This document shows positions 1 to 10,790 of a stretch of DNA of 35,269 bases, piece after piece; position 1 is the first letter of the stretch, and each line of letters starts with the position of its first letter. The translations under genes and the position numbers were made by a program. This stretch comes from a virus (Duplodnaviria > Heunggongvirae > Uroviricota > Caudoviricetes), in the IMG/VR virus record IMGVR_UViG_2563366848_000003, one strand, 5' to 3'. Below the pieces are notes generated by a model. The model did no database searches, was not told where the DNA came from, and saw only the letters and a program-made list of their open reading frames with translations.

Positions 1-273
1 CGTTCAGCCCTGAAAGGTGGCGGCAGCGTGCTTGTGGTGGGAAACCGTCGTATTCCCGGCGCGTTTATTCAGCAACTGAAAAATGGCCGCTGGCATGTTA
101 TGCAGCGTGTGGCCGGGAAAAACCGTTACCCCATTGATGTGGTGAAAATCCCGATGGCGGTGCCGCTGACCACGGCGTTTAAACAGAATATTGAGCGGAT
201 ACGGCGTGAGCGTCTTCCGAAAGAGCTGGGCTATGCGCTGCAGCATCAACTGAGGATGGTAATAAAACGATGA
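1..273 (+). CDS. Z: tail completion protein Z (lambda gpZ-like); 5' end lies outside the window
   Basis: Frame 1 is open from position 1 to the stop at 271-273. The C-terminal sequence is recognised as lambda Z. The stop overlaps the U start (ATGA at 270-273). Confidence 0.8.
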   Translation, partial: RSALKGGGSVLVVGNRRIPGAFIQQLKNGRWHVMQRVAGKNRYPIDVVKIPMAVPLTTAFKQNIERIRRERLPKELGYALQHQLRMVIKR

Positions 274-665
274 AACATACTGAACTCCGTGCAGCCGTAC
301 TGGATGCACTGGAGAAGCATGACACCGGGGCGACGTTTTTTGATGGTCGCCCCGCTGTTTTTGATGAGGCGGATTTTCCGGCAGTTGCCGTTTATCTCAC
401 CGGCGCTGAATACACGGGCGAAGAGCTGGACAGCGATACCTGGCAGGCGGAGCTGCATATCGAAGTTTTCCTGCCTGCTCAGGTGCCGGATTCAGAGCTG
501 GATTCGTGGATGGAGTCCCGGATTTATCCGGTGATGAGCGATGTCCCGGCACTGTCAGATTTGATCACCAGTATGGTGGCCAGCGGCTATGACTACCGGC
601 GCGACGATGATGCGGGCCTGTGGAGTTCAGCCGATCTGACTTATGTCATTACCTATGAAATGTGA
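270..665 (+). CDS. U: tail tube terminator protein U
   Basis: 131-aa ORF ([31 protein letters not shown]...) matching lambda gpU in length and sequence; sits between Z and V as in lambda. Confidence 0.93.
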   Translation: MKHTELRAAVLDALEKHDTGATFFDGRPAVFDEADFPAVAVYLTGAEYTGEELDSDTWQAELHIEVFLPAQVPDSELDSWMESRIYPVMSDVPALSDLITSMVASGYDYRRDDDAGLWSSADLTYVITYEM

Positions 666-672
666 GGACGAT

Positions 673-1413
673 ATGCCTGTACCAAATCCTACAATGCCGG
701 TGAAAGGGGCCGGGACCACACTGTGGGTTTATAAGGGGAACGGTGACCCTTATGCGAACCCGCTTTCAGACGTTGACTGGTCGCGTCTGGCAAAAGTTAA
801 AGACCTGACGCCCGGCGAACTGACCGCTGAGTCCTATGACGACAGTTATCTCGATGATGAGGATGCGGACTGGACTGCGACCGGGCAGGGGCAGAAATCA
901 GCCGGAGATACCAGCTTCACGCTGGCGTGGATGCCCGGAGAGCAGGGGCAGCAGGCGCTGCTGGCGTGGTTTAATGAAGGTGATACCCGTGCCTATAAAA
1001 TCCGCTTCCCGAACGGCACGGTCGATGTGTTCCGTGGCTGGGTCAGCAGTATCGGTAAGGCGGTGACGGCGAAGGAAGTGATCACCCGCACGGTGAAAGT
1101 CACCAATGTGGGACGTCCGTCGATGGCAGAAGATCGCAGCACGGTAACAGCGGCCACCGGCATGACGGTAACGCCAGCCAGTGCTTCCGTAGTGAAAGGG
1201 CAGAGCACCACGCTGACCGTGGCCTTCCAGCCGGAAGGCGCAACCGACAAGAGCTTCCGTGCGGTGTCAGCGGATAAAACAAAAGCCACCGTGTCGGTCA
1301 GTGGTATGACCATCACCGTGAACGGCGTTGCTGCAGGCAAGGTCAACATTCCGGTCGTATCCGGTAATGGTGAACTTGCTGCGGTTGCAGAAATCACCGT
1401 CACCGCCAGTTAA
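673..1413 (+). CDS. V: major tail tube protein V with C-terminal Ig-like domain
   Basis: ATG at 673 preceded by GAGGA; 246 aa beginning [22 protein letters not shown] as in lambda gpV. The tabulated ORF start at 643 is an in-frame upstream extension without a ribosome-binding site. Confidence 0.93.
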   Translation: MPVPNPTMPVKGAGTTLWVYKGNGDPYANPLSDVDWSRLAKVKDLTPGELTAESYDDSYLDDEDADWTATGQGQKSAGDTSFTLAWMPGEQGQQALLAWFNEGDTRAYKIRFPNGTVDVFRGWVSSIGKAVTAKEVITRTVKVTNVGRPSMAEDRSTVTAATGMTVTPASASVVKGQSTTLTVAFQPEGATDKSFRAVSADKTKATVSVSGMTITVNGVAAGKVNIPVVSGNGELAAVAEITVTAS

Positions 1414-1428
1414 TCCGGGGAGTCAGCG

Positions 1429-1851
1429 ATGTTCCTGAAAACCGAATCATTTGAACATAACGGTGTGACCGTCACGCTTTCTGAACTGTCAGCCCTGCAG
1501 CGTATTGAGCATCTCGCCCTGATGAAACGGCAGGCAGAACAGGCGGAGTCAGACAGCAACCGGAAGTTTACTGTGGAAGACGCCATCAGAACCGGCGCGT
1601 TTCTGGTGGCGATGTCCCTGTGGCATAACCATCCGAAGAAGACAAAGCTGCCTTCCATGAATGAAGCCGTTAAACAGATTGAGCAGGAAGTGCTTACCAC
1701 CTGGCCCACAGAGGCAATTTCTCATGCTGAAAACGTGGTGTACCGGCTGTCCGGTATGTATGAGTTTGTGGTGAATGATGCTCCTGAACAGGCAGAGGAC
1801 GCCGGGCCTGCAGAGCCTGTTTCTGCGGGAAAGTGTTCGACGGTGAGCTGA
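1429..1851 (+). CDS. G: tail assembly chaperone G
   Basis: 140-aa ORF (MFLKTESFEHNGVTVTLSELSALQRIEHLALMKRQ...) matching lambda gpG; carries the slippery heptamer G GGA AAG near its 3' end. Confidence 0.93.
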   Translation: MFLKTESFEHNGVTVTLSELSALQRIEHLALMKRQAEQAESDSNRKFTVEDAIRTGAFLVAMSLWHNHPKKTKLPSMNEAVKQIEQEVLTTWPTEAISHAENVVYRLSGMYEFVVNDAPEQAEDAGPAEPVSAGKCSTVS

Positions 1852-2267
1852 GTTTTGCCCTGAAACTGGCGCGTGAGATGGGGCGACCCGACTGGCGCGC
1901 CATGCTTGCCGGGATGTCATCCACGGAGTATGCCGACTGGCACCGCTTTTACAGTACCCATTATTTTCATGATGTTCTGCTGGATATGCACTTTTCCGGG
2001 CTGACGTACACCGTGCTCAGCCTGTTTTTCAGCGATCCGGAGATGCATCCGCTGGATTTCAGTCTGCTGAACCGGCGCGAGGCTGACGAAGAGCCTGAAG
2101 ATGATGTGCTGATGCAGAAAGCGGCAGGGCTTGCCGGAGGCGTTCGTTTTGGCCCGGACGGGAATGAAGTTATCCCCGCTTCCCCGGATGTGGCGGACAT
2201 GACGGAGGATGACGTAATGCTGATGACAGTATCAGAAGGGATCGCAGGAGGAGTCCGGTATGGCTGA
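1429..2267 (+). CDS. T: tail assembly chaperone G-T fusion made by programmed -1 ribosomal frameshift
   Basis: The -1 frame downstream of the slippery site has no ATG but is open to 2267 (VFDGELSFALKLAREMGRPDWRAMLAGMSSTEYADWHRFY..., lambda gpT-like). The T frame overlaps the H start at 2260. Confidence 0.85.
1827..1833 (+). other. slippery heptamer G GGA AAG for the G/GT -1 frameshift
   Basis: GGGAAAG sits in the G reading frame as X XXG GGA AAG, 19 nt before the G stop. This is the canonical lambda G-T shift site. Confidence 0.85.
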
Positions 2268-4839
2268 ACCGGTAGGCGATCTGGTCGTTGATTTGAGTCT
2301 GGATGCGGCCAGATTTGACGAGCAGATGGCCAGAGTCAGGCGTCATTTTTCCGGTACGGAAAGTGATGCGAAAAAAACAGCGGCAGTCGTTGAACAGTCG
2401 CTGAGCCGACAGGCACTGGCTGCACAGAAAGCGGGGATTTCCGTCGGGCAGTATAAAGCCGCCATGCGTATGCTGCCTGCACAGTTCACCGACGTGGCCA
2501 CGCAGCTTGCAGGCGGGCAGAACCCGTGGCTGATCCTGCTGCAACAGGGTGGTCAGGTGAAGGACTCCTTCGGCGGGATGATCCCCATGTTCAGGGGGCT
2601 TGCCGGTGCGATCACCCTGCCGATGGTCGGGGCCACCTCGCTGGCGGTGGCGACCGGTGCGCTGGCGTATGCCTGGTATCAGGGCAACTCAACCCTGTCT
2701 GATTTCAACAAAACGCTGGTCCTTTCCGGTAATCAGGCAGGACTGACGGCAGATCGTATGCTGATCCTGTCCAGAGCCGGGCAGGCGGCAGGGCTGACGT
2801 TTAACCAGACCAGCGAGTCACTCAGTGCGCTGGTTAAGGCGGGGGTAAGCGGTGAGGCTCAGATTGCGTCCATCAGCCAGAGTGTGGCGCGTTTCTCCTC
2901 TGCATCCGGCGTGGAGGTGGACAAGGTCGCTGAAGCCTTCGGGAAGCTGACCACTGACCCGACGTCGGGGCTGACGGCGATGGCGCGCCAGTTCCATAAC
3001 GTGACGGCGGAGCAGATTGCGTATGTTGCTCAGTTGCAGCGTTCCGGCGATGAAGCCGGGGCATTGCAGGCGGCGAACGAGGCCGCAACGAAAGGGTTTG
3101 ATGACCAGACCCGTAAACTGAAAGATAACATGGGTACGCTGGAGACCTGGGCAGACAAGACTGCACAGGCATTCAAATCCATGTGGGATGCGGTGCTGGA
3201 TATTGGTCGCCCGGACTCCTCTGCAGATATGCTCGCCAAAGCTGAAAAGGCTTTTGATGAAGCGGATAAAAAATGGCAGTGGTATCAGAGCCGGAGCCAC
3301 CGGCGCGGTAAAACGTCAGCATTTCTTGCCAATCTCCGGGGGGCATGGGAGAAGAGAGAGAATGCGCGACTTGGGCTTTCAGCCGCCACGTTGCAGGCAG
3401 ATCTTGAAAAGGCCAGTGAGATGGCAGCAAAAGATCGGGCCGAGTCTGAGGCATCACGGCTGAAATATACCGAAGAGGCGCAGAAGGCTTACGAACGCCT
3501 GCAGACACCGCTGGAGAAATATACCGCCCGCCAGGAGGAACTGAATAAGGCTCTGAAAGACGGAAAAATCCTGCAGGCAGATTACAACACGCTGATGGCG
3601 GCGGCGAAAAAGGACTATGAAGCGACGCTGAAAAAGCCGAAGCAGTCCGGCGTGAAAGTGTCTGCGGGCGATCGTCAGGAAGACAGTGCTCATGCTGCCC
3701 TGCTGACGCTTCAGGCAGAACTCCGGATGCTGGAGAAGCATGCCGGAGCGAATGAGAAAATCAGCCAGCAGCGCCGGGATTTGTGGAAGGCAGAAAGTCA
3801 GTTCGCGGTACTGGAGGAGGCGGCGCAACGTCGCCAGCTGTCTGCACAGGAGAAATCCCTGCTGGCGCATAAAGATGAGACGCTGGAGTACAAACGCCAG
3901 CTGGCTGCACTTGGCGACAAGGTTACGTATCAGGAGCGCCTGAACGCGCTGGCGCAGCAGGCGGATAAATTCGCACAGCAGCAACGGGCAAAACGGGCCG
4001 CCATTGATGCGAAAAGCCGGGGGCTGACTGACCGGCAGGCAGAACGGGAAGCCACGGAACAGCGCCTGAAGGAACAGTATGGCGATAATCCGCTGGCGCT
4101 GAATAACGTCATGTCAGAGCAGAAAAAGACCTGGGCGGCTGAAGACCAGCTTCGCGGGAGCTGGATGGCAGGCCTGAAGTCCGGCTGGAGTGAGTGGGAA
4201 GAGAGCGCCACGGACAGTATGTCGCAGGTTAAAAGTGCAGCCACGCAGACCTTTGATGGTATTGCACAGAATATGGCAGCGATGCTGACCGGCAGTGAGC
4301 AGAACTGGCGCAGCTTCACCCGTTCCGTGCTGTCCATGATGACAGAAATTCTGCTTAAGCAGGCAATGGTGGGGATTGTCGGGAGTATCGGCAGCGCCAT
4401 TGGCGGGGCTGTTGGTGGCGGCGCATCCGCGTCAGGCGGTACAGCCATTCAGGCCGCTGCGGCGAAATTCCATTTTGCAACTGGAGGATTCACAGGAACC
4501 GGCGGCAAATATGAGCCAGCGGGGATTGTTCACCGTGGTGAATTTGTCTTCACGAAGGAGGCAACCAGCCGGATTGGCGTGGGGAATCTCTACCGGCTGA
4601 TGCGCGGCTATGCCACCGGTGGTTATGTCGGTACACCGGGCAGTCTGGCTGACAGCCGGTCGCAGGCGTCCGGGACGTTTGAGCAGAATAACCATGTGGT
4701 GATTAACAACGACGGCACGAACGGGCAGATAGGTCCGGCTGCTCTGAAGGCGGTGTATGACATGGCCCGCAAGGGTGCCATTGATGAAATTCCCACGCAG
4801 ATGCGTGATGGTGGCCTGTTCTCCGGAGGTGGACGATGA
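2260..4839 (+). CDS. H: tail tape measure protein H
   Basis: 859-aa ORF with a coiled-coil-rich centre and a Gly-rich C-terminal region; N-terminus MAEPVGDLVVDLSLDAARFDEQMARVRRHF as in lambda gpH (853 aa). Stop overlaps the M start. Confidence 0.95.
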   Translation: MAEPVGDLVVDLSLDAARFDEQMARVRRHFSGTESDAKKTAAVVEQSLSRQALAAQKAGISVGQYKAAMRMLPAQFTDVATQLAGGQNPWLILLQQGGQVKDSFGGMIPMFRGLAGAITLPMVGATSLAVATGALAYAWYQGNSTLSDFNKTLVLSGNQAGLTADRMLILSRAGQAAGLTFNQTSESLSALVKAGVSGEAQIASISQSVARFSSASGVEVDKVAEAFGKLTTDPTSGLTAMARQFHNVTAEQIAYVAQLQRSGDEAGALQAANEAATKGFDDQTRKLKDNMGTLETWADKTAQAFKSMWDAVLDIGRPDSSADMLAKAEKAFDEADKKWQWYQSRSHRRGKTSAFLANLRGAWEKRENARLGLSAATLQADLEKASEMAAKDRAESEASRLKYTEEAQKAYERLQTPLEKYTARQEELNKALKDGKILQADYNTLMAAAKKDYEATLKKPKQSGVKVSAGDRQEDSAHAALLTLQAELRMLEKHAGANEKISQQRRDLWKAESQFAVLEEAAQRRQLSAQEKSLLAHKDETLEYKRQLAALGDKVTYQERLNALAQQADKFAQQQRAKRAAIDAKSRGLTDRQAEREATEQRLKEQYGDNPLALNNVMSEQKKTWAAEDQLRGSWMAGLKSGWSEWEESATDSMSQVKSAATQTFDGIAQNMAAMLTGSEQNWRSFTRSVLSMMTEILLKQAMVGIVGSIGSAIGGAVGGGASASGGTAIQAAAAKFHFATGGFTGTGGKYEPAGIVHRGEFVFTKEATSRIGVGNLYRLMRGYATGGYVGTPGSLADSRSQASGTFEQNNHVVINNDGTNGQIGPAALKAVYDMARKGAIDEIPTQMRDGGLFSGGGR

Positions 4840-5165
4840 AAACCTTCCGCTGGAAAGTGAAACCCGGTATGGATGTGGCTTCGGCCCCTTCTGTAAGAAA
4901 GGTGCGTTTTGGTGATGGCTATTCCCAGCGAGCGCCTGCCGGGCTGAATGCCAACCTGAAAACGTACAGCGTGACGCTTTCTGTCCCCCGTGAGGAGGCC
5001 ACGGTACTGGAGTCGTTTCTGGAAGAGCACGGGGGCTGGAAATCCTTTCTGTGGACGCCGCCTTATGAGTGGCGGCAGATAAAGGTGACCTGCGCAAAAT
5101 GGTCGTCGCGGGTCAGTATGCTGCGTGTTGAGTTCAGCGCAGAGTTTGAACAGGTGGTGAACTGA
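4836..5165 (+). CDS. M: tail tip assembly protein M
   Basis: 109-aa ORF (MKTFRWKVKPGMDVASAPSVRKVRFGDGYSQRAPAGLNANLKTYSVTLSVP...) matching lambda gpM; ATGA overlap with H. Confidence 0.93.
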   Translation: MKTFRWKVKPGMDVASAPSVRKVRFGDGYSQRAPAGLNANLKTYSVTLSVPREEATVLESFLEEHGGWKSFLWTPPYEWRQIKVTCAKWSSRVSMLRVEFSAEFEQVVN

Positions 5166-5863
5166 TGCAGGATATCCGGCAGGAAACACTGAATGAATGC
5201 ACCCGTGCGGAGCAGTCGGCCAGCGTGGTGCTCTGGGAAATCGACCTGACAGAGGTCGGTGGAGAACGTTATTTTTTCTGTAATGAGCAGAACGAAAAAG
5301 GTGAGCCGGTCACCTGGCAGGGGCGACAGTATCAGCCGTATCCCATTCAGGGGAGTGGTTTTGAACTGAATGGCAAAGGCACCAGTACGCGCCCCACGCT
5401 GACGGTTTCTAACCTGTACGGTATGGTCACCGGGATGGCGGAAGATCTGCAGAGTCTGGTCGGCGGAACGGTGGTCCGGCGTAAGGTTTACGCCCGTTTT
5501 CTGGATGCGGTGAACTTCGTCAAAGGAAACAGCGATGCCGATCCGGAGCAGGAGGTGATCAGCCGCTGGCGCATCGAGCAGTGCAGCGAACTGAGCGCGG
5601 TGAGTGCCTCCTTTGTACTGTCCACGCCGACGGAAACGGATGGCGCTGTTTTTCCGGGACGTATCATGCTGGCCAACACCTGCACCTGGACCTATCGCGG
5701 TGACGAGTGCGGTTATAGCGGTCCGGCTGTCGCGGATGAATATGACCAGCCAACGTCCGATATCACGAAGGATAAATGCAGCAAATGCCTGAGCGGTTGT
5801 AAGTTCCGCAATAACGTCGGCAACTTTGGCGGCTTCCTTTCCATTAACAAACTTTCGCAGTAA
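5165..5863 (+). CDS. L: tail tip assembly protein L
   Basis: 232-aa ORF (MQDIRQETLNECTRAEQSASVVLWEIDLTEVGGERYFFCNEQNEKGE...) matching lambda gpL; C-terminal Cys cluster (CSKCLSGC). Confidence 0.93.
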   Translation: MQDIRQETLNECTRAEQSASVVLWEIDLTEVGGERYFFCNEQNEKGEPVTWQGRQYQPYPIQGSGFELNGKGTSTRPTLTVSNLYGMVTGMAEDLQSLVGGTVVRRKVYARFLDAVNFVKGNSDADPEQEVISRWRIEQCSELSAVSASFVLSTPTETDGAVFPGRIMLANTCTWTYRGDECGYSGPAVADEYDQPTSDITKDKCSKCLSGCKFRNNVGNFGGFLSINKLSQ

Positions 5864-5868
5864 ATCCC

Positions 5869-6612
5869 ATGACACAGACAGAATCAGCGATTCTGGCGCA
5901 CGCCCGGCGATGTGCGCCAGCGGAGTCGTGCGGCTTCGTGGTGAGAACGCCGGAGGAGGAAAGCTATTTTCCCTGCGTGAATATCTCCGGTGAGCCGGAG
6001 GCGTATTTCCGTATGTCGCCGGAAGACTGGCTGCAGGCAGAAATGCAGGGTGAGATTGTGGCGCTGGTCCACAGTCATCCCGGTGGTCTGCCCTGGCTGA
6101 GTGAGGCCGACCGGCGGCTGCAGGTGCAGAGTGATTTGCCGTGGTGGCTGGTCTGCCGGGGGACGATTCATAAGTTCCGCTGTGTGCCGCATCTCACCGG
6201 GCGGCGCTTTGAGCACGGTGTGACGGACTGTTACACACTGTTCCGGGATGCTTATCATCTGGCGGGGATTGAGATGCCGGACTTTCATCGTGAGGATGAC
6301 TGGTGGCGTAACGGCCAGAATCTCTATCTGGATAATCTGGAGGCGACGGGGCTGTATCAGGTGCCGTTGTCAGCGGCACAGCCGGGCGATGTGCTGCTGT
6401 GCTGTTTTGGTTCATCAGTGCCGAATCACGCCGCAATTTACTGCGGCGACGGCGAGCTGCTGCACCATATTCCTGAACAACTGAGCAAACGAGAGAGGTA
6501 CACCGACAAATGGCAGCGACGCACACACTCCCTCTGGCGTCACCGGGCATGGCGCGCATCTGCCTTTACGGGGATTTACAACGATTTGGTCGCCGCATCG
6601 ACCTTCGTGTGA
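5869..6612 (+). CDS. K: tail tip assembly protein K (JAMM/MPN + NlpC/P60 domains)
   Basis: 247-aa ORF with the JAMM metalloprotease motif HSHPGGLPWLSEAD (H-x-H-x7-S-x2-D) and a Cys/His pair in the C-terminal half consistent with NlpC/P60 (GVTDCYTLF ... HHIP). Its 3' end overlaps I by 103 nt. Confidence 0.88.
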   Translation: MTQTESAILAHARRCAPAESCGFVVRTPEEESYFPCVNISGEPEAYFRMSPEDWLQAEMQGEIVALVHSHPGGLPWLSEADRRLQVQSDLPWWLVCRGTIHKFRCVPHLTGRRFEHGVTDCYTLFRDAYHLAGIEMPDFHREDDWWRNGQNLYLDNLEATGLYQVPLSAAQPGDVLLCCFGSSVPNHAAIYCGDGELLHHIPEQLSKRERYTDKWQRRTHSLWRHRAWRASAFTGIYNDLVAASTFV

Positions 6613-7181
6613 AAACGGGGGCTGAAGCCATCCGGGCACTGGCCACACAGCTCCCGGCGTTTCGTCAGAAACTGAGCGACGGCTGGTATCAGGTACGGAT
6701 TGCCGGGCGGGACGTCAGCACGTCCGGGTTAACGGCGCAGTTACATGAGACTCTGCCTGATGGCGCTGTGATTCATATTGTTCCCAGAGTCGCCGGGGCC
6801 AAGTCAGGTGGCGTATTCCAGATTGTCCTGGGGGCTGCCGCCATTGCCGGATCATTCTTTACCGCCGGAGCCACCCTTGCAGCATGGGGGGCAGCCATTG
6901 GGGCCGGTGGTATGACCGGCATCCTGTTTTCTCTCGGTGCCAGTATGGTGCTCGGTGGTGTGGCGCAGATGCTGGCACCGAAAGCCAGAACTCCCCGTAC
7001 ACAGACAACGGATAACGGTAAGCAGAACACCTATTTCTCCTCACTGGATAACATGGTTGCCCAGGGCAATGTTCTGCCTGTTCTGTACGGGGAAATGCGC
7101 GTGGGGTCACGCGTGGTTTCTCAGGAGATCAGCACGGCAGACGAAGGGGACGGTGGTCAGGTTGTGGTGATTGGTCGCTGA
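6510..7181 (+). CDS. I: tail tip assembly protein I
   Basis: 223-aa ORF (MAATHTLPLASPGMARICLYGDLQRFGRRIDLRVKTGAEAIRALATQLPAF...) matching lambda gpI; Gly/Ala-rich hydrophobic C-terminal half. Confidence 0.9.
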   Translation: MAATHTLPLASPGMARICLYGDLQRFGRRIDLRVKTGAEAIRALATQLPAFRQKLSDGWYQVRIAGRDVSTSGLTAQLHETLPDGAVIHIVPRVAGAKSGGVFQIVLGAAAIAGSFFTAGATLAAWGAAIGAGGMTGILFSLGASMVLGGVAQMLAPKARTPRTQTTDNGKQNTYFSSLDNMVAQGNVLPVLYGEMRVGSRVVSQEISTADEGDGGQVVVIGR

Positions 7182-7198
7182 TGCAAAATGTTTTATGT

Positions 7199-7220
7199 GA
7201 AACCGCCTGCGGGCGGTTTT
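7199..7220 (+). terminator. GC stem-loop followed by a T-run between I and J
   Basis: aaCCGCCtgcGGGCGGtttt; may attenuate transcription or serve as an RNA processing site. Confidence 0.35.
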
Positions 7221-7241
7221 ATCGTTTATGGAGCATGACGA

Positions 7242-10200
7242 ATGGGTAAAGGCAGCAGTAAGGGGCATACCCCGCGCGAAGCGAAGGACAACCTGAAGTC
7301 CACGCAGCTGCTGAGTGTGATCGATGCCATCAGCGAAGGGCCGGTTGAAGGTCCGGTGGATGGATTAAAAAGCGTGCTGCTGAACAGTACGCCGGTGCTG
7401 GACAGTGAGGGGAATACCAATATATCCGGCGTCACGGTGGTGTTCCGGGCCGGTGAGCAGGAGCAGACACCGCCGGAGGGATTTGAATCCTCCGGCTCCG
7501 AGACGGTGCTCGGTACAGAAGTGAAATATGACACGCCGATCACCCGGACCATCACGTCGGCAAACATTGACCGTCTGCGTTTTACTTTCGGCGTGCAGGC
7601 ACTGGTGGAAACCACCTCAAAGGGGGACAGGAATCCATCGGAAGTCCGCCTGCTGGTTCAGATACAACGTAACGGTGGCTGGGTGACGGAAAAAGACATC
7701 ACCATTAAGGGCAAAACCACCTCGCAGTATCTGGCCTCGGTGGTGGTGGGTAACCTGCCGCCGCGCCCGTTCAATATCCGGATGCGCAGGATGACGCCGG
7801 ACAGCACCACAGACCAGCTGCAGAACAAAACGCTCTGGTCGTCATACACCGAAATCATCGATGTGAAACAGTGCTACCCGAACACGGCACTGGTCGGCGT
7901 GCAGGTGGATTCGGAGCAGTTCGGCAGCCAGCAGGTGAGCCGTAATTATCATCTGCGCGGGCGCATTCTGCAGGTGCCGTCGAACTATAACCCGCAGACG
8001 CGGCAATACAGCGGTATCTGGGACGGAACGTTTAAGCCAGCATACAGCAACAACATGGCCTGGTGTCTGTGGGATATGCTGACCCATCCGCGCTACGGCA
8101 TGGGGAAACGTCTTGGTGCGGCGGATGTGGACAAATGGGCGCTGTATGTCATCGGCCAGCATTGCGATCAGTCGGTGCCGGACGGTTTTGGCGGCACGGA
8201 GCCGCGCATCACCTGTAATGCGTACCTGACCACACAGCGCAAGGCGTGGGATGTGCTCAGTGATTTCTGCTCTGCGATGCGCTGTATGCCGGTATGGAAC
8301 GGGCAGACGCTGACGTTCGTGCAGGACCGACCGTCGGATAAGGTGTGGACCTATAACCGCAGTAATGTGGTGATGCCGGATGATGGTGCGCCGTTCCGCT
8401 ACAGCTTCAGCGCCCTGAAGGACCGCCATAATGCCGTTGAGGTGAACTGGATTGACCCGAATAACGGCTGGGAGACGGCGACAGAGCTTGTGGAGGACAC
8501 GCAGGCCATTGCCCGTTACGGTCGTAACGTCACGAAGATGGATGCTTTTGGCTGTACCAGCCGGGGGCAGGCACACCGCGCCGGGCTGTGGCTGATTAAA
8601 ACAGAACTGCTGGAAACGCAGACCGTGGACTTCAGCGTGGGTGCCGAAGGGCTTCGCCATGTACCGGGCGATGTCATTGAAATCTGCGATGATGACTATG
8701 CCGGTATCCGCACCGGCGGGCGCGTGCTGGCGGTAAACAGCCAGACCCGGACGCTGACGCTCGACCGTGAAATCACGCTGCCATCTTCCGGCACCACGCT
8801 GATAAGCCTGGTTGACGGGCAGGGGAGTCCGGTCAGCGTGGAGGTTCAGTCCGTCACCGACGGCGTGAAGGTGAAAGTGAGCCGTGTTCCTGACGGCGTT
8901 GCTGAATACAGCGTATGGGGGCTGAAGCTGCCGACGTTGCGCCAGCGCCTGTTCCGCTGCGTGAGTATCCGTGAGAACGACGACGGCACGTATGCCATCA
9001 CCGCCGTGCAGCATGTACCGGAAAAAGAGGCCATCGTGGATAACGGGGCGCACTTTGACGGCGACCAGAGCGGCACGGTAAATGGTGTCACGCCGCCAGC
9101 GGTGCAGCACCTGACCGCAGAAGTCACCGCAGACAGCGGGGAATACCAGGTGCTGGCCCGCTGGGACACGCCGAAGGTGGTGAAGGGCGTGAGCTTCCTG
9201 CTTCGCCTGACCGTGGCAGCGGATGACGGCCGTGAGCGGCTGGTCAGCACGGCCCGGACGACGGAAACCACTTACCGCTTCACACAACTGGCTCTGGGGA
9301 ACTACAGGCTGACAGTCCGGGCAGTAAATGCGTGGGGGCAGCAGGGCGATCCGGCGTCGGTATCGTTCCGGATTGCCGCACCGGCAGCGCCGTCGCGGAT
9401 TGAGCTGACGCCGGGCTATTTTCAGATAACCGCCACGCCGCATCTTGCGGTTTATGACCCGACGGTACAGTTTGAGTTCTGGTTCTCGGAAAAACGGATT
9501 GCGGATATCAGGCAGGTTGAAACCAGCGCGCGTTATCTTGGTACGGCACTGTACTGGATAGCCGCCAGTATCAATATCAAACCGGGCCATGATTATTATT
9601 TTTACGTTCGCAGTGTGAACACCGTTGGCAAATCGGCATTCGTGGAGGCTGTCGGTCAGCCGAGTGATGATGCATCAGGCTATCTGGATTTTTTCAAAGG
9701 CGAGATAGGGAAAACCCATCTGGCTCAGGAGCTGTGGACGCAGATTGATAACGGTCAGCTTGCGCCTGACCTGGCTGAAATCAGGACGTCCATTACGGAT
9801 GTCAGCAATGAAATCACACAGACCGTCAATAAGAAACTGGAAGACCAGAGTGCAGCGATCCAGCAGATACAGAAGGTTCAGGTTGATACAAATAATAATC
9901 TGAACAGCATGTGGGCTGTGAAGCTGCAACAGATGAAGGACGGACGCCTTTATATTGCGGGTATCGGTGCCGGTATTGAGAATACGCCAGCAGGAATGCA
10001 GAGTCAGGTGCTGCTGGCGGCAGACAGGATTGCGATGATTAATCCTGCGAATGGCAACACAAAACCGATGTTTGTTGGTCAGGGTGATCAGATATTCATG
10101 AATGAAGTGTTCCTGAAGCGCCTGACGGCCCCCACCATTACCAGCGGCGGCAATCCTCCGGCCTTTTCCCTGACACCGGACGGAAAGCTGACCGCTAAAA

Positions 10201-10724
10201 ATGCGGATATCAGTGGCAGTGTGAATGCGAACTCCGGGACGCTCAACAACGTCACGATTAATGAGAACTGTCAGATTAAGGGGAAACTGTCAGCCAATCA
10301 GATTGAAGGCGATATTGTCAAAACGGTCAGCAAGTCTTTCCCCCGCACGAGCACTTATGCCAGTGGCACCATCACGGTAAGAATCAGTGATGATCAGAAA
10401 TTTGACCGGCAGGTCATGATACCGCCAGTGTTATTCCGCGGTGGTAAGCATGAGAATTTCAACAGTAATAACCAACAGTCATACTGGTATTCAACCTGCC
10501 GGTTAAGAGTGACCCGCAATGGTCAGGAGATTTTTAATCAGTCCACGACGGATGCTCAGGGCGTATTTTCCTCCGTTATAGATATGCCTGCCGGACAGGG
10601 GACGCTGACACTGACATTCACCGTATCTTCATCAGGAGCGAATAACTGGACACCAACAACCAGTATCAGCGATCTGCTGGTTGTGGTGATGAAAAAATCC
10701 ACAGCAGGTATCAGTATCAGCTGA
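7242..10724 (+). CDS. J: tail tip central fibre / host specificity protein J
   Basis: 1160-aa ORF; N-terminal ~950 aa read as lambda gpJ ([54 protein letters not shown]...). The last ~250 aa carry the receptor-binding region. Confidence 0.95.
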   Translation: MGKGSSKGHTPREAKDNLKSTQLLSVIDAISEGPVEGPVDGLKSVLLNSTPVLDSEGNTNISGVTVVFRAGEQEQTPPEGFESSGSETVLGTEVKYDTPITRTITSANIDRLRFTFGVQALVETTSKGDRNPSEVRLLVQIQRNGGWVTEKDITIKGKTTSQYLASVVVGNLPPRPFNIRMRRMTPDSTTDQLQNKTLWSSYTEIIDVKQCYPNTALVGVQVDSEQFGSQQVSRNYHLRGRILQVPSNYNPQTRQYSGIWDGTFKPAYSNNMAWCLWDMLTHPRYGMGKRLGAADVDKWALYVIGQHCDQSVPDGFGGTEPRITCNAYLTTQRKAWDVLSDFCSAMRCMPVWNGQTLTFVQDRPSDKVWTYNRSNVVMPDDGAPFRYSFSALKDRHNAVEVNWIDPNNGWETATELVEDTQAIARYGRNVTKMDAFGCTSRGQAHRAGLWLIKTELLETQTVDFSVGAEGLRHVPGDVIEICDDDYAGIRTGGRVLAVNSQTRTLTLDREITLPSSGTTLISLVDGQGSPVSVEVQSVTDGVKVKVSRVPDGVAEYSVWGLKLPTLRQRLFRCVSIRENDDGTYAITAVQHVPEKEAIVDNGAHFDGDQSGTVNGVTPPAVQHLTAEVTADSGEYQVLARWDTPKVVKGVSFLLRLTVAADDGRERLVSTARTTETTYRFTQLALGNYRLTVRAVNAWGQQGDPASVSFRIAAPAAPSRIELTPGYFQITATPHLAVYDPTVQFEFWFSEKRIADIRQVETSARYLGTALYWIAASINIKPGHDYYFYVRSVNTVGKSAFVEAVGQPSDDASGYLDFFKGEIGKTHLAQELWTQIDNGQLAPDLAEIRTSITDVSNEITQTVNKKLEDQSAAIQQIQKVQVDTNNNLNSMWAVKLQQMKDGRLYIAGIGAGIENTPAGMQSQVLLAADRIAMINPANGNTKPMFVGQGDQIFMNEVFLKRLTAPTITSGGNPPAFSLTPDGKLTAKNADISGSVNANSGTLNNVTINENCQIKGKLSANQIEGDIVKTVSKSFPRTSTYASGTITVRISDDQKFDRQVMIPPVLFRGGKHENFNSNNQQSYWYSTCRLRVTRNGQEIFNQSTTDAQGVFSSVIDMPAGQGTLTLTFTVSSSGANNWTPTTSISDLLVVVMKKSTAGISIS

Positions 10725-10741
10725 ATTTTATAACCCAGAAC

Positions 10742-10767
10742 GGGCGTCAGAAATGACGCCTTTTTTA
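10742..10767 (+). terminator. rho-independent terminator after J
   Basis: GGCGTCAgaaaTGACGCC hairpin followed by TTTTTT. Confidence 0.6.
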
Positions 10768-10790
10768 TTGCAGAAAAGCGAGAGGTAATT

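Noticed and set aside
643-672. Upstream in-frame ATG (643) as the V start
   Set aside because: It overlaps the U 3' end without an RBS, whereas the ATG at 673 has GAGGA upstream and gives a 246-aa product matching lambda V.
4432-5189. 221-aa and 188-aa minus-strand ORFs over the H/M/L junction
   Set aside because: Antisense to strongly supported lambda tail genes; shadow ORFs.
7842-9590. 582-aa minus-strand ORF antisense to J
   Set aside because: Lies entirely inside the well-supported J gene on the opposite strand; Arg/Pro-rich composition typical of shadow frames; no start context.
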